A stretch of DNA of 62,056 nt, the filler included, from Sphacelaria rigidula (Eukaryota), in NCBI GenBank assembly GCA_964200075.2. It is 7 parts of 7 records of this genome, joined end to end, with 100 filler letters (N's around TTAATTAATTAA, not from the genome) between each part and the next. Parts side by side here need not be neighbours in the genome. Positions count along the whole stretch, not along the records: positions 1 to 8,780 come from CAXNAA020010119.1; positions 8,881 to 17,660 come from CAXNAA020010120.1; 5 more parts are not named here. One strand, written 5' to 3'. Position numbers and translations under genes: made by a program. A model generated the notes under the pieces. That model had not been told where the DNA came from. It worked only from the letters and a program-made list of their open reading frames with translations, and did no database searches. Shown here one piece after another: positions 1-13,130 of the stretch. How positions within the stretch are numbered: position 1 is the first letter of the stretch; the number at the start of each line of letters is the position of its first letter.

Positions 1-2210
1 AAAGTAGTTGTCGATGTTGTATGTACAGTACAGTGCCAACAGCATAGCTTCTGCAGCACTCCGTGCATCCTCTTCATGACCGTAGAACCCTGGACAGACA
101 GTACAGACAGTGCAGTGTTTTTTCGCCGGCGGCGCTACTACCGTAAAATAGCACGATGTCGCCCCTGCTGGCTGTGTTGACCGTTCGTATCGTTTCATGC
201 TCGTCATGCCCGCCACCGACTGCGGACTCTGTAGTATTCTGCGTACTGAGACGGTTGCTACCGCACTCCTTACTGTCACGTGAATTTGTTGTTTGAGGTA
301 TGGCACAAATCGTCTGCTGCACACATTACGCCTCCTGCGACACGACTACTGTACCAAGCGGCGATCGGCTGAAGTAAGGGTTGATACGCCCATCATTTCA
401 ATCCCTATTACGGAGTATACCAGTAGCTACTGTGCGTGCGCGCGCGCGCGCGCGTGTATGTGTGTGTGTGTGTTGCCATCCCATCCATCCTGTACCTCGA
501 CATGATTATTTACGTTTTGTTCACCGCAGGCTCACCGCAGGTGGCACAAGCACAAAATGCAAATGATGATCAGTACCAGCGTCTGCACGCAGGCTAGATG
601 ATGGCCTTGGGTGTACGAATCCCCAGGATTTTTTCATAGACTGTAAGGTGGGGTTCCGAAAACTGATTTATCTGGAGAAAGTCTCTGAGAAAAGTCGTCC
701 AAAATGACTTTTCTCGGAGACTTGTTTCAGTCTATAAGAAGCGGCCTGAAAAAAAAAAGCCTATCTGTACCGGGCAACGCCTACATGTGCACACAAGTTC
801 AAAACTGCGGCGGCTATGGGCGTGGTCGTTGGTCCAACATGCCTGTGCTGCTACAGACCATCATGAAAGCAACAAGGCAACAGAGCGCCGGAACACATGG
901 GCCCGACAAATCACGCGAAGACACCCACCGCCCACGCGCACACGCTCGAGCACTAGCCTTAGCTCATCTACACGAGGCAGTCCTTGTTTCACGGACATCC
1001 GTTCTGTATTGGAGGAAGCAATCGCGAGCGTGTCAACTTCTAATACAACGCAGTAAAGAAACGTGGAATTGCTGAACGTTGGCGTGCGCATGCTGTGCGC
1101 GCGTCCCATACAAACGATCGCTTTTCATTGAATTTTCGACAGGCCTGAGAGAGGTCGCGAACAATGTGCTCAGCATATTGTAGTAGCAGCTTCGGCTCAG
1201 GGCGTGTCTCAGCACTTTTGTTTCCGATCGAGAAAGAGCGATCGAACGTTTTTCTGCCCATCTGATAGGTCCACTGCATTTATGTTCCTTGAAGGCTTCA
1301 ACTCAAAATTTTAATTAGCGGCACGCGGAGAAGAATGCAACGAGTGATTTTTTTTTGTTTCTTCAGTCGAAACCATGCCGTCGAAAGGCACGAAGCGGCA
1401 CTTGACTCTCGTCTTACAGACCACCACGCCAAGTAACACCTGTTCACAGGACCATGCAAACTTCATCCAACTCATTCTCAGCTACCACCGCAACCCGGCA
1501 GCATAGAGCACGAGTTGAGCATAGGGATAGATACACGAAAGTAGTTGGTGTGCTTTGTTTATTTATTTGTTTGCGAAAACTTGCGCATCTTCTCTCATGG
1601 CAGGCATCAGGGACGGAACTAAGGTACGATAGGCAACCGAGTTGCGTGCACGCTCATGGACTGTGCAGGCAGTACAAAGCTGCACGTTGAAGTCTTTTTC
1701 ACCTCGCATTGTAAGCCGAGATAGTCTTGGGCTGTCTGCACTGCACGTTGTCCGCTTCTCCTTTATATCCTCCTGCACGAAACACGCACACACGTACTCA
1801 GGAAGGACACCCTGCTTGCAAGCATTGCAAACAGTACAGACTGTCTGTACTCTACACGAGTGACCATGTACCGTTTCACGAATTTCACTGCCTTTTTTGG
1901 ATCAAAAGCTGGAAAATCCATCTGCACCCAACCGCATCAAAACGAGAAAATTTCGCTCAGATCGATTCCACCGCCCCACTTTTTGATCGAAAAAACAGTG
2001 CTAATGCAGGTCCTGAGGAATAACGGGCGTGAGATACATGAAGAAATTGCTGAGCTGGGAACAAGAGATGAGCAAAATAAGAAATCGGTGCAATCTTGTT
2101 TCGCCAGACATGAGAAATGGTTGAATAGAAAATAACGCTCATATCGGCTGCCAAAGTAGTTGAGCTCAAAGTAGCTGTTTCTTTTGAGCGGGTGGGCACT
2201 GTATTATATA

Positions 2211-3154
2211 CTCCCTCTCTCCGAAAATATAAGTACCATTTGGGAATGCGAAATATAAGTCCGGTTTCAACGAATGTGCTCAAAACAAGCCAATAGGCTT
2301 CCGAAGGACGTCGGACGAGATTGGTATACGGTCAGGTATCACGTTGACGGGGGAAAAAAAAAATCGCTCCACAGGGAGGGGATATATCGCTGTCGTCCCC
2401 TCGGTGATGAAATCATGGGAAATCCAGCTTGATTACACCTAGCCGCGGGAGAAACTAACTGCGGGCGCTGATGTTTCACCACCACCATTGAACACATTAC
2501 TCCCCGGGCGGGGTTGATGGCAGCAACGCGCAGTAGGTCGAGACGGGAAGATCGGATATCGTTCTTGAGGGGGGTTGGGGTCAAGTTGTGTTTGGTGGAC
2601 GATCGTTCAGCGGAACCTGATGCAGGCGCTCACGTAGTTCTTCTATGTGAGTGCCCGTTCGGCCGCTTTTCCCCTTGCGGCCGGTCGTCAGGTCGGGGCT
2701 GGTGACCCCTGAACTATATGCTGCACATCATACATCATCCACAACCTCGATATGGTCTTCCAGCAGCAGCTGAACTTTGCTGCAGCTTCTTTGAACGCAC
2801 CGTGCTGCGGATCACCATCTTTGCTGCCAGCGAGGAGGAACCGAACGATGGCATCCTTCTCCTTGGCGAAATTCTTGCGTTTTGGCACCTGGGAGGTACT
2901 CCCAGCAGCTGACATGCCTCACCAGATGATGAGAATGCTTTTGACCGGAGTTTCGAAATTAGGCTGTTTTTTTTTAGCGGCTTCTGCTGGGGACGGAAGA
3001 CCCTTCTGGGTGTGACTTTTCGAAAAGACCGGTTCTGTGCGTCGCGCGTGAGGCGGCCAATTTCATGAAAAATAACGGTCTGGAAAAAGAACTTGATGGG
3101 CCGCAGTTATACCGCTTGTTGACAAATGGGACTTATATTTTCGGACAGATCGAG
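2211..3154 (-). mobile_element. Internally deleted Tc1/mariner element (DD39D / plant-mariner-like) with transposase N-terminal remnant
   Basis: TIR CTCCCTCTCTCCGAAAATATAAGTACCATTT (2211-2241) matches the reverse complement of 3124-3154, with TA on both sides. Minus-strand peptides LLAGSKDGDPQHGAFKEAAAKFSCCWKTISRLW and, after a frameshift, TGRKGKSGRTGTHIEELRERLHQVPLNDR resemble the DD39D transposase HTH region. No catalytic domain is visible. Confidence 0.85.
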
Positions 3155-3569
3155 TATATGTTTGCAAGTCGGGAACATTCTGACGATAGACAAGCTCATT
3201 TTTATTTTCTGTTTCACTTTAAGTTTCAGCAAGGATGGAGTTTCCTGCCTGGGGCTCGGAAAAATCGAACGCGAAATTTGGTTTGCGGTCGAACTTGAGT
3301 GCAGCAGGAGCAAGATATGCTTTTGAGAATGAGTTGTTTAAAAGTACAGTTCTTCATACTTGGCTTGCTTTGCTGTTCTCTCCTTTAACATTTATTTCAT
3401 GAAAACTGCAGGGTCCCCCTCTCCCGTCATGGTGAACCACCCATGAGGTAGTGTACTCCGTGGCTGTCTCTGGAAGTGGCGATACTAGAAAATGACGCAA
3501 CTCATTCGAGGCTGCATCCATATGCGATACAGGCTGGTGTAGGCTCATCACCCAAAAAACACTCATCGG

Positions 3570-4240
3570 CAAAACCTCCCGCCGTTTTATGGAGTTAGAC
3601 CCTGAAATTTGGCACAGATGTTCCGGGGGCATTACGCAACCTTTGAAGGTCGAGGTTTTTCGACTTTTTGACATATTTCACCGTTTTTCGGGGGTCCCAG
3701 TTTCTTTCGGGAAACATCGATCCAATCAGACCCCCGTAAAACAGTAAAGGAAAAAAAAACTCGTTCATACAAAGTTGCGTAATGACCCATAGCATAGTTG
3801 TGCAAAATTTCAGGGTCTAACTCATTGAAACGGCGTAAGGTTTTTCGCTCTCGTGCGATGAACTTTGACGTGCCGCGGTGAAACCGCAGACTACCTGATT
3901 TTAGTACGAAAATGGCATTTTTGGACCTTCTTTGACAGGTACATGACAATTGAAGCATCAGTTGATCGATTTTTGCGAAGAAAGTTCGTGAGGCCTTTCC
4001 TTCGGTTATGCAGCGACAACTCGTTCACGAAAAAATTGACGAACATATCGTAGTGCCGCTTTTCCGGGATCCCAAAATGGAGACTACTTCGAAAAACGAC
4101 TTGGACCCCCGTCGGACCCCCGAAAAACGGTGAGAAACTCAAGAAGTAAAAAACACCGTTTGCAGAAAGTTGCGTGATGATGCATAACATTTTTGTGCAA
4201 AGTTGCAGGATCTAACTCCTAATAACGGCGTGGAGATTTG
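3570..4240. repeat. Foldback/MITE-like repeat with inverted subrepeats
   Basis: cgccgttttatggagttagaccctgaaattt (~3580-3610) is inverted relative to aaatttcagggtctaactcattgaaacggcg (~3806-3836). A second right-arm copy lies at ~4120-4232. Boundaries are approximate. Confidence 0.55.
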
Positions 4241-5294
4241 CGCGTTTGTGGAGGAGGTGGGCTTTAAACGTGCAACTCCTAACTACTTGGTTTTAGTATG
4301 GAAATGTATTTTGGGGTGAATTTTACGTCAAGGCAAGAAAAACTGTTTGAGGTTTTCGACTTTCTCCACCAAACTTTGTACATGTGTTCCTTGAACTATC
4401 CCGAGACGCACTATTTTACCACTTTTATTCTAGGGCAGTCTCTACCGCCTTTCGAGGGTCTACATACGGGGACCCGCGGAAGCCGGTAGAGAACGGAGAA
4501 ACCATGAAACATTGTTAATAGCACAATTTTTTCCATTTGGAACATCAATACCTACGGAACTGCCAAGTTTGAGGGCGATCGGAGCTTTTCTACAACAGAT
4601 ATAGAGGACACCGTCACGAGGCTCGCTGGGTCTCTCGTGCGTATCATTAATGGAAATTAGACGACGCCAACACCCGACATCACCGAAACATTGCGGTTTC
4701 GGGTATAACCCGACCCCCGTAGTAACCGTTTCGATCTTTTATTTTCGTTAGATTCCCGAGCCGATAACGGCTACTACGATTTGAAGCATGTGGCGATTGG
4801 GTAAAAATTGGGCTTGGAGTTCGTAACTTCGATCTCTGAACAATTTTTCGGGCGCTGATTGGTCAATATACCTTTTCGCCCTTAGCGCTACCACAATATC
4901 CTTCAACGATAATCCGGCTATGTCACGCTCTTCAGCTGTCCACTGCGCTCAGTATAATATCATGTATGTGACTACTGGGTAGGTATTGCGAAAGGCATTT
5001 GCTGATGACACAATTTTGGATGATGAGCGTGAACCAGCCTGTATAATCAATACGCTTTGAGATGAACAATCTTCAGCAGGATGTAGCTCACCCTCCATGC
5101 GACTCGCCGAACACCTCATGGCGCTTGGTGATTGATTGCGAGCCTGGTCCGGCGAAAGCCCGGCATACTCAGCCCTGACTTCTGTAGGGATGCGAGGTCG
5201 ATGGTCAGATGACTACGGCATGCACAATCATCAGTACCCCCCCTCACCCCCCCCTCCCGCCCCTGTGTCCCTCGCACAAATCTTACCGAATCAG

Positions 5295-5373
5295 AACGCA
5301 GCGATTGCCTGGAACGAAGAACACCCAGAGGACTTGATTGACATGGCAGACATGGTGCCGTTACCTCCACCAG
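5295..5373 (+). CDS. Internal exon of a probable R3H-domain protein gene (NAAIAWNEEHPEDLIDMADMVPLPPP)
   Basis: tcag| acceptor and G|gtgagt donor. The phase-1 end joins the exon at 8041 in frame. Confidence 0.6.
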
Positions 5374-5449
5374 GTGAGTAACGACGCAATTTAGGATCAG
5401 GCGTTTGAACTGTGGCCTGCATGTTTACGAGATGAACGCATCTGATATA

Positions 5450-5940
5450 TTTCCTCTGTCCCATAAGTAAAGGTACCTAAAATTTGTACGGACCCTTTAC
5501 GATGTCCGATATTTTTTTCCAATGGACTCGACGGTGTTTTGGGGGTTAAGAAAATGTTGTTCAAAATTCGCAGCTCGTGCTTGAACCATGCCGCCGAACG
5601 GCTGCAAAAAAAGTAGTCGGCCCCAAAATGGCCGTTTTTTCCCTCGGAAAGAGGGGAAAAAAATTGTCGATTTTTTTTTTTTCATCGCGTGGGACTTCCT
5701 GGCAGCAAGCCCCCAGTGAAGGCGGGGGAGATTTAAAAAAGAGAGTGACACTTTTTCCCCGTCGGAAAGAGGGCAAAAAACGGCCATGTTCGGGCCGACT
5801 ACTTTTTTCAAGCACGAGCTTCGAAATTTAAACACATTTTCTTGACCCAAGAAATACCGTAGAATTCATTTTAAAAAAGAAACGGACATCGTTGAGGGCC
5901 CGTACAAATGTAGGTACCTTTACTCATGGGACAGAGGAAG
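5450..5940. mobile_element. Stowaway-like MITE (almost fully palindromic, TA target duplication)
   Basis: Ends are (t)TTCCTCTGTCCCATAAGTAAAGGTACC and GGTACCTTTACTCATGGGACAGAGGAAG, each flanked by TA. The arms stay complementary for roughly 200 bp. Confidence 0.85.
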
Positions 5941-8040
5941 TATATATATATATATATCTAATTGCGTGTATGTGTGTGGAAGATTACCTCTTTGCAGTGA
6001 CACACCAGAGATTGATGCCACACATGTATGAAAAACAAGTGCGTGCAGGCACGGGGTATGAACGATCCGAAAGGACCCGACGACCCCGGACCCTGTAAAA
6101 CCGACGACCCTAGACGAGTCGAGGTGATGCCAGTACGAGCCCGATGTTACGGTGGCCGAGCATCCCCGAGGAAATTTTCCGCCTTACTGTGGACCACTCT
6201 ATATCTGACCCACTTCTTGCCTACACATACGAAGAAGCCATCGCCTAGCCACGGAGTTCCTTCGGCATCAGGACGACATAGACAACGACAAACAGTCTCA
6301 CCCGTAGGTCTCTGTTTACTCGAGAGATACACACTTCACAAATAGTTCAAAATTTGTGATTGTTTACCTTGGGTACGTCTACCTTGTGGATAATGACCAC
6401 AGTGAACCTTGTGGATAACGACCAGGGCTCGATCCCTCGGGAAGCAGTTGATGTGCAACAACCAATCGATCAATCTGTTGACGTGTATGTATCAATCTAT
6501 CTATAAAAGGTTGTGTTCTGTAGGGTATTCAGTACCCGGAAGAAGGGGATTTGTTGTTGGTACACTAAACCATACCGGAATGTGTATCGAGCATCCCAGT
6601 ATTGTTCGGCAGGGTATCTCTTTCGAATACTCCAGGTGTGGTTCGGATGAGTATTATTTACTGACGAAGTACCTCTATTACAATTATGTAAATCGTGGAA
6701 ACCACCACATGAAAATGACAAAATCCCTCAAGTGCCTGTCTAGGAATCACTTTTCCACAAAATATCGTGAATTCAGCCAGTATACCCTGCAAAACACAAC
6801 CTTGGATCTATATATCCATATTGATGCATGTTTCCTTTTTTTTCGTGTCCGATGCAATGAATGTATGTCATGCATACTAAAGTAAATAGTCTACTTGTGA
6901 AGCTTGTTGATGGTGTTCGCTTCTTGCAGTGCATCTTCTGTTTTTCTTGCCTGTTTTCTTACATGTACATGGCTGGAGCGATCAAAATCGCGGAGGTGAA
7001 AGTGAAACAGCACTCCCGCACGGCGTCGAGCCCATCATCGACCAACGTTTCATATGCTCATGTCTTCCCTCACTCGACATGAGTAAATATTTTCTCATAA
7101 AAGAACCACTTTTTTCATGGAGGAAGGGTGAGGAAGGAGGTAACTGAGAAGACATGTCTCTGCCGGAATTTGAGTTGCGATCTCCCTCCCCAACTGATTT
7201 TTCTTGTCGTCTGCCTTAACTGGGTTCGGTTGTATCATTTTAATTCAGATGAACCATGCACTACTATGCGGTAGCTTGGTTGTAAGGTTGCGTTCTGCAA
7301 GGTATACCGACTGAAATTCCGCCACGTGCGGAAGTGTAAGAGACGTTTTTCGAGCCTCCGAGTAAATGGCCCTCTGGACCATATCCGAAAATTTCGGAAC
7401 AGGGTTCGATGCCCTGCCGAACCATACTGAGATGTTCGATACGCATTCCGGTATGGTTTGGTGTGTGTGTTGTCGTCCCATCTATTCTGGACGCCGGGCT
7501 ACGCCATTCGGTATATGTGGGCGCACCAGTGGGGTTACACAGGAGGAAGGTCAACACAGGAGTTTTTTTTTTTTTCTGTTTTGTTTTGGTACTCCACCTT
7601 CATTCTGCGGTGCTTGCCTTTTAGTTTTATTGCGAGAGGGGTTCAGCAGCAGTCCCTTTCCCTGGTCGACCGTTAAGTCGAATTTTGTGTACCCACGACA
7701 TACTCGCTCTCCACTGTTAGGCATAAGCAAAGAGTCTCAGATCGCTCCGAGATTCGAGCGTGCCAACCGAAAATCCCCCACTTGTGGGTGCAGGTGCGAG
7801 TAAAACCCGGTGTGCTCCGTCCCGGATTTGTGGGGCATTCGAGGTCAATGGTGCTATGACTACGGCGTGCAAAAATGTCATGAGTACTTACGGGTGTACC
7901 CTACAGCACACAGCCTAGCTCTTGATTTGTGTCATGCCATCCCACCTGCATGAAGGGGGTTGTTGATTGGCTGATGTGTGTAGCTGTGTGTTTTGTTCCG
8001 TTTGGTACGATTTTGGCGGGAACTTGTGTGTGCGTAACAG

Positions 8041-8183
8041 AGCCGAAAAGAAAAGCAACGGCTGTCGAGGAAGAGGTCTCGGAGGAGTTCAAGGCTTATG
8101 TGACGGCTTGGGTAGACAAGGTGGCTGCTGAAGAGATACACGAGGCATGCTTCCCCGCCGACTTTGCGAAACACCAGAGGAAG
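8041..8183 (+). CDS. Internal exon encoding the N-terminal half of an R3H-like domain (EPKRKATAVEEEVSEEFKAYVTAWVDKVAAEEIHEACFPADFAKHQRK)
   Basis: taacag| acceptor and AAG|gtatgt donor. FPxxxxxxQRK resembles the R3H pattern FPxxLxxxxRxxxH; the His would fall in the next exon, which was not found in this contig. Confidence 0.6.
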
Positions 8184-8780
8184 GTATGTGTGCATGTGCC
8201 TCACAGAAGGTCCGCGGAAGGCGTGCGCCGCGCTGCAGGTTAGGTTTCATGTTTGCTTCGAACCAGTCTCGTATGTTCGAGGTATGGTGTGCCTTTCGCC
8301 CAAAAATTGTTCCGTCACCGGAAGGAGGAGGAGGTACGTTTTGTTTTCCGGGGGGGGGGGGGCTTGTTTTATGTGGTGCACAGCATACTTGTCACATTCC
8401 GTTGTACGATTAGAAGTGATACGAGTGCCTGAGTGAATCTAAGATTGATACAGGTTCTCTTCATGGGTGAGTGTGAGCGAAAGTCAGGGTAGGGTACCAT
8501 ACCCTAAGTGCCCCCGGGTTTTCAGGGTATATACAGCACCACCGCAGGGTACGAACGGCATCGGCTGGCAAAAGTATCGTATCTTTCCGGTTAACCCTTT
8601 GGGAACCCTCCCCTCCCGTCCCCGGGCCAGACGCCTCATTATGAGAAGCCCTGACAAACAAGAAAAGATGGAAACAGAAAAGACCGACAGCAACCATTTT
8701 CACTGTGGAAGACAGAAGACGACTCCAGACGCACACGTCGTGGATGTACCGAAAATGAAATCCCGGAACGGTCCTGTTGG

Positions 8781-8880
8781 NNNNNNNNNNNNNNNNNNNN
8801 NNNNNNNNNNNNNNNNNNNNNNNNTTAATTAATTAANNNNNNNNNNNNNNNNNNNNNNNNNNNNNNNNNNNNNNNNNNNN
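8781..8880. other. Artificial contig linker N44-TTAATTAATTAA-N44 (also 17661-17760, 26541-26640, 35420-35519, 44299-44398, 53178-53277)
   Basis: Six identical 100-nt spacers carry a six-frame-stop 12-mer. The segments they delimit are 8780, 8780, 8780, 8779, 8779, 8779 and 8779 bp, as expected for contigs sorted by length. Confidence 0.98.
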
Positions 8881-9530
8881 CATTCCTCCACGGTTTTCGA
8901 GTTCAAAATGTACGGCGTACAGTAAAGGAATGTATGGGACTGCCGCCGAGATCCCCCCCCCCCCCTCCCCCCGAACCGGCCAAAAAAGTGCACGGAGGCG
9001 ATGATCATAACTGCCGTTAGAGCTGGTCTCGTGCTGCACGACGCGACTCGTTTGGGCTTTATAGCTGATTTCGGACTGTTACACGCCTCTCATGTGAGCG
9101 AAATTGCTGCAAACAAGCGCAGTAGTGGGATCGCGGCCGGTTTGTCGGACGGTCTCCGGTGCACCTTTTGTTGGGGGTCTATCTCGGCATTAGTCATAAT
9201 CTATCGCATAGACGCAATAGTCGATACTGCACGCGGTACAATTTTTGACAAGGTAATCTATTGTCATCATCCAGAGTGTGGATTTCACCGAAAAATTCGA
9301 ACCCATCTCCCAACGCTTCAGAAGGTTTTGAGGCTTCCAACTGAACCACCTGGGGCATCCGTGGGAGGAGTATGGTGTTGAGTCATGCATGCTCGCTGGA
9401 TTATCTTCTGATCATTCGATCGTGGGTCTGAACACAAGGGAGGCTGATGCGATTATTATTAAAAAGGATGTGTGTTGTTGTGTTGCTACCAATGCGCGTT
9501 GCTACCGCGACTACTGTACTGTCAATCCAG

Positions 9531-9650
9531 GAAGTACAAGAGAACAAATACGCATTCAAGTGCCACCGAAAGGGCGACCAGGTGTTCCCGGTCAACGCGA
9601 TGGCTTTCCATCCTGTGTACGGCACCTTCGCCACCGGAGGGTGCGATAAG
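9531..9650 (+). CDS. BUB3: Mitotic checkpoint WD40 protein BUB3, internal exon ([40 protein letters not shown])
   Basis: ccag| and |gtgagt splice sites, 120 nt. KYAFKCHR and TFATGGCD are BUB3-type rather than RAE1-type motifs. Confidence 0.93.
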
Positions 9651-9684
9651 GTGAGTTTTCCCCCCCTACGCTTGACTCCCAAGA

Positions 9685-10116
9685 CGGGGTCTCACCAATC
9701 GGGGATGGATATTTTTTGGAGGATGAAAAACCCGGAGAATTAAAATCCTCTTATCCACACCAAATCTTCGGAATATGGTTCCATTTCTTCACCTACTGAT
9801 AGCTGACATGTGCTACACGTCATAGAAATTTGGATCTCGATAACGGGAATGTTGCGGTCCGAGGTAAAAACAAGTTTGGGGAATTTCGAGTGTCCGAACG
9901 GACGCCAAAATGGTCCCGTTATTGGTTTTTCACCTGGGACCGCAACATTTAGGTGATGGAAATCCAATTTCTTATGGCGTGTAGCAGTTGTCAATAGCCA
10001 TCAGTAGGTGAAGAAATGGAACCCTTTGTCGAAGATTTGGTGTGAATACGAAGATTTTAGTTCTCCGGGTTTCTCATCCCCAATTAAAGATCCATCCCCA
10101 ATTTGTGAGAGACCGT
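9685..10116. mobile_element. MITE with long inverted arms (second copy ~38071-38495)
   Basis: Arms of the type caaattggggatgga...aacccggag and their reverse complements. The same family is present in contig 5. Confidence 0.75.
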
Positions 10117-10888
10117 GTTTCCTGTTGATTTATTGTTGTAAGTCACCTAGATGCCTGGAATTGATTGATACCTACGCATAACACAATGTTGATTTCCAAC
10201 GTGATCGTGTCTTTGCCTACTTCCCCCCCTCCCCTTGCCCCAAGTCGCGGGCTTTCCAACGCAAATTTCGTGACGCCCGCTGATGATTTTCGGTTGCCGT
10301 GAGTTATAATACTCACACGTACCGACCTACCTACCTGGCTCTCACTTGACGCTTTTAATCAACTACGAGGCCAAAAATATGTCCGCACACTCATGTTGGC
10401 GTGTGGATTATACGTTGGACGTGCGGTCGCGTATTTTGGGGGTACTGCGATGAGGAGAGCTGCGTCACATTTTTGGGAACGCAGACACAAATGAAGGTCG
10501 GGCTGTAACATATTCACTGTGTTGGAAATCACCGCAACCGCCTCGGGTCAGGGGTACGCCGTGCCTCGACGAGACAAGATAATCGAGTGCACGTCGTGAG
10601 AGATTGAGCGTGATTCTGGCGGTTTTGCTTTTGGTTTTCTCTTGTCCTTCCAATTGGTTGCTCATCAGCTCTCGACCAATCGGAAGGACGGGAAAAAAAA
10701 AGAAATCACCAAAGTCGCCGGGATCACTCTTACTTTCACGGCGCGTTCTCACTTCACTCGTCTCGTTAAAACGGGCCCTCATGCGCATGATGACACCATG
10801 TAATGGTCGTTATATTACGGACAAAAAGTAGCTTGCACGTTGTCTTCTGGGGGCCGGAGTGTACTAAACCCCCGGCATCCCTCATTCA

Positions 10889-11385
10889 GTGTTAGTGTCG
10901 GTTGGCAGCGATGCTGTTAACCACGCCGCTTACTCCGTAATTTAGGCAACAAGGTTACCGTATTTTTTCTTCCCGCTTGCGTTTTGTTTGCGGTGAAGTG
11001 GTGGTGGTCGAGCTGGATCATTCTATCCGAGGTGGGAGGAACCCCAACTCCCCGTAAGGGGGATGCTCGTACCACGCAGTGTTGGAAATGTGACAGACCC
11101 ATGAGGCAGTGTGTTATCCGTGGCTGTCTCTGGAAGTGGCGATACCAGAAAATGAAACAATCCGTTGGAGGCTGTCATCCATACGCAAGATAATGAGTAC
11201 GCTTTGGACCGAGAAATCTTAGCAGGATGCAGCTCACCCTTCATGCGACTCGCCGAACACATCGCGGGCCTTCGCGCTTGGTGACTGATTGCGAGTCTGG
11301 TCCGGCGAAAACCCGGCTCGCTCCGTCCCGGCTTTGCAGGGGGTCTCATGACTAGGGCATGCAAGACCATGAGTACTTCCCCCCT
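10889..11385 (+). mobile_element. Long poly(C)-tailed repeat family, diverged copy
   Basis: Colinear with 31540-32066, e.g. ccgtggctgtctctggaagtggcgatacc and catgcgactcgccgaacac, ending catgagtacttccccc. Confidence 0.85.
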
Positions 11386-11603
11386 GAGGATGGGTTCGTG
11401 GTGTCGAGGAATGAGTGAACTTATCTTTCCCGTCCCGCGGTACCCACCTTGCACTTTCGTTCGCGAGGATTGGATGCTGACCCCGCACCCTGGCAGCTGG
11501 CAGACTTGTTATCGAATGATATTTATCCACTGCCGAGTCTCGTTGGCGCGTACGAGCTGCGCGTACGAGCTGGGCCAGCCTAGAGACGGATTTGAAGTTT
11601 GCA

Positions 11604-11880
11604 GGCGAATGCGCCGGCCAATATTTAGAGCTGAAGCGTAAAATTTGGAATGAAAAATGAATAGGGCATAAAAATATATATAAAGGAAGCACCAGAAGGT
11701 TTTTTCATTTTTTTCGTGAGTTGAGGGCATTTTACTGATGACTGAAAACTGATTATTGCCCTTAACTTACGAAAAATAAAAACCCTTCTGGTGCTTCTTC
11801 ATTTTATATTTTTATGCCTTCTGCATTGTCCATCCCAAATTTTACGCTCCAACTTTGAACTAGTGGCCGGCGCATTCGCC
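11604..11880. repeat. Inverted-repeat (foldback) element
   Basis: ggcgaatgcgccggcca...gcgtaaaatttgg versus ccaaattttacgctc...tggccggcgcattcgcc. An inner pair aagcaccagaagg / ccttctggtgctt is also present. Confidence 0.7.
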
Positions 11881-12939
11881 CTTCAAAAACCAGGTCGGTA
11901 GAAATTCGGAACAGTATTTCGCAGGCCACTCATCGGCCCACGTACGGTTTTTGTGTATCGAAATCTCATGTGGGCCCTCGAGAGGGCATAATCAACACAA
12001 CTCAGTAGGCCAATTTTTTGCTTTTTATTTTTCACTGGTGTAGGGCGTTTCAGTATGGTTACGACCATTTTTTTACGAGAACGCCCCAACCTCTCCGCAT
12101 CCCCCCAAAAAATGAATGCCCTTTTTTGGGGGGGGGAGAGGTTCGGGCGTTCTACATTCTAATTTTCAAATCACAATTTTGAAAAGTAAGCTAAGAAGTT
12201 GAGATAAAGCCCGAGAGCAATGTTCATTTCTCCTCAAAACTCTCCTGAACACACGAAAAAAAATGGAAGAAAACGGAAGAAAAATAAAAAGCTTTTTTTT
12301 TTTTGTATTTTATAACTTTAGCGGTTCTCCATACCAAATTTCATAGCTGAGACGCGATATCCAGATTTAGGGCATCTGGTGCCTCTGCTCGTAATATATT
12401 GATTTTTGTTTAATACCTTATGTGCGCCGTATCTCGAGATAAGTAACGAATTGGGTGAAGGTGAGGGTATCTATCGTCTCCCCGTGCTCCAGGGAAGGTC
12501 CACACCAAATATCGTCATCATCCGCTGAATGGATCGTTCGGGGTTTCATATAGATTTTATTCTGGACGCTATCTCCGTACGGTATTGGAATTACTAGACA
12601 TGGGGTTTAATCAACGAGAAAATTTGGCCCAAACTTTTGAGTAGATGTGCACCTTCCCCATGACTGGGCGATTAATACGATATGCAGATCATGGCCCAAC
12701 TCGTCTATGTCGATGAGATATTGCTTTGAGAGCTTGAATCCGTTTTTAGGCTGGCCCAGGTCGTATTCGGAGAGCGGAAACGAGAGGAAACGACTATTCA
12801 CAAGTGTCGGGATCTGAGCCCACCCAAATAGTCTCCTCGAAACCAGCGTTGATGGACCAGCTTGGCTGGCCACATGCGCGCGGCTACTGCTGGTGTGACG
12901 GATGGATGGGTTGAGTGATGGGTCCATTGGTCCATTGGT

Positions 12940-13130
12940 CGATTGTCGTAAATTCACTGATGTCTGAGAGATCCAGCCGTGGTCATCATAGACGCACTGT
13001 ACCCGAGGACGACCCTTTTGGAACCCTCCCCTCCTGTCCCCGGGCCAAACGCCTCATTATGAGAAGCCCTGACAAAGGGGGAAATATGGAAGCAGGAAAG
13101 GCCGATGGCAACCATTATGTAATGGAAGGC
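12940..13130 (-). mobile_element. LINE/SINE-like 3' end, family A (TGACCACGGCTGGATC...(CAAT)n tail); other copies 28000-28067(-), 32270-32305(-), 39140-39193(+); internal fragment 8595-8720
   Basis: The gatccagccgtggtca core recurs in three contigs, with a (CAAT)n microsatellite tail at 39181-39193 and ~28012-28026. 13013-13130 matches 8595-8720. Confidence 0.65.

Noticed and set aside
1999-2087. Possible upstream exon (…VLRNNGREIHEEIAELGTRDEQNKKS) of the R3H-like gene
   Set aside because: It is phase-compatible, but the donor (gtgcaa) is weak, the acceptor is ambiguous and there is no recognisable motif.
8825-8836. TTAATTAATTAA recurring every ~8.88 kb as a biological periodic motif
   Set aside because: It is embedded in N runs and is an artificial six-frame-stop linker.
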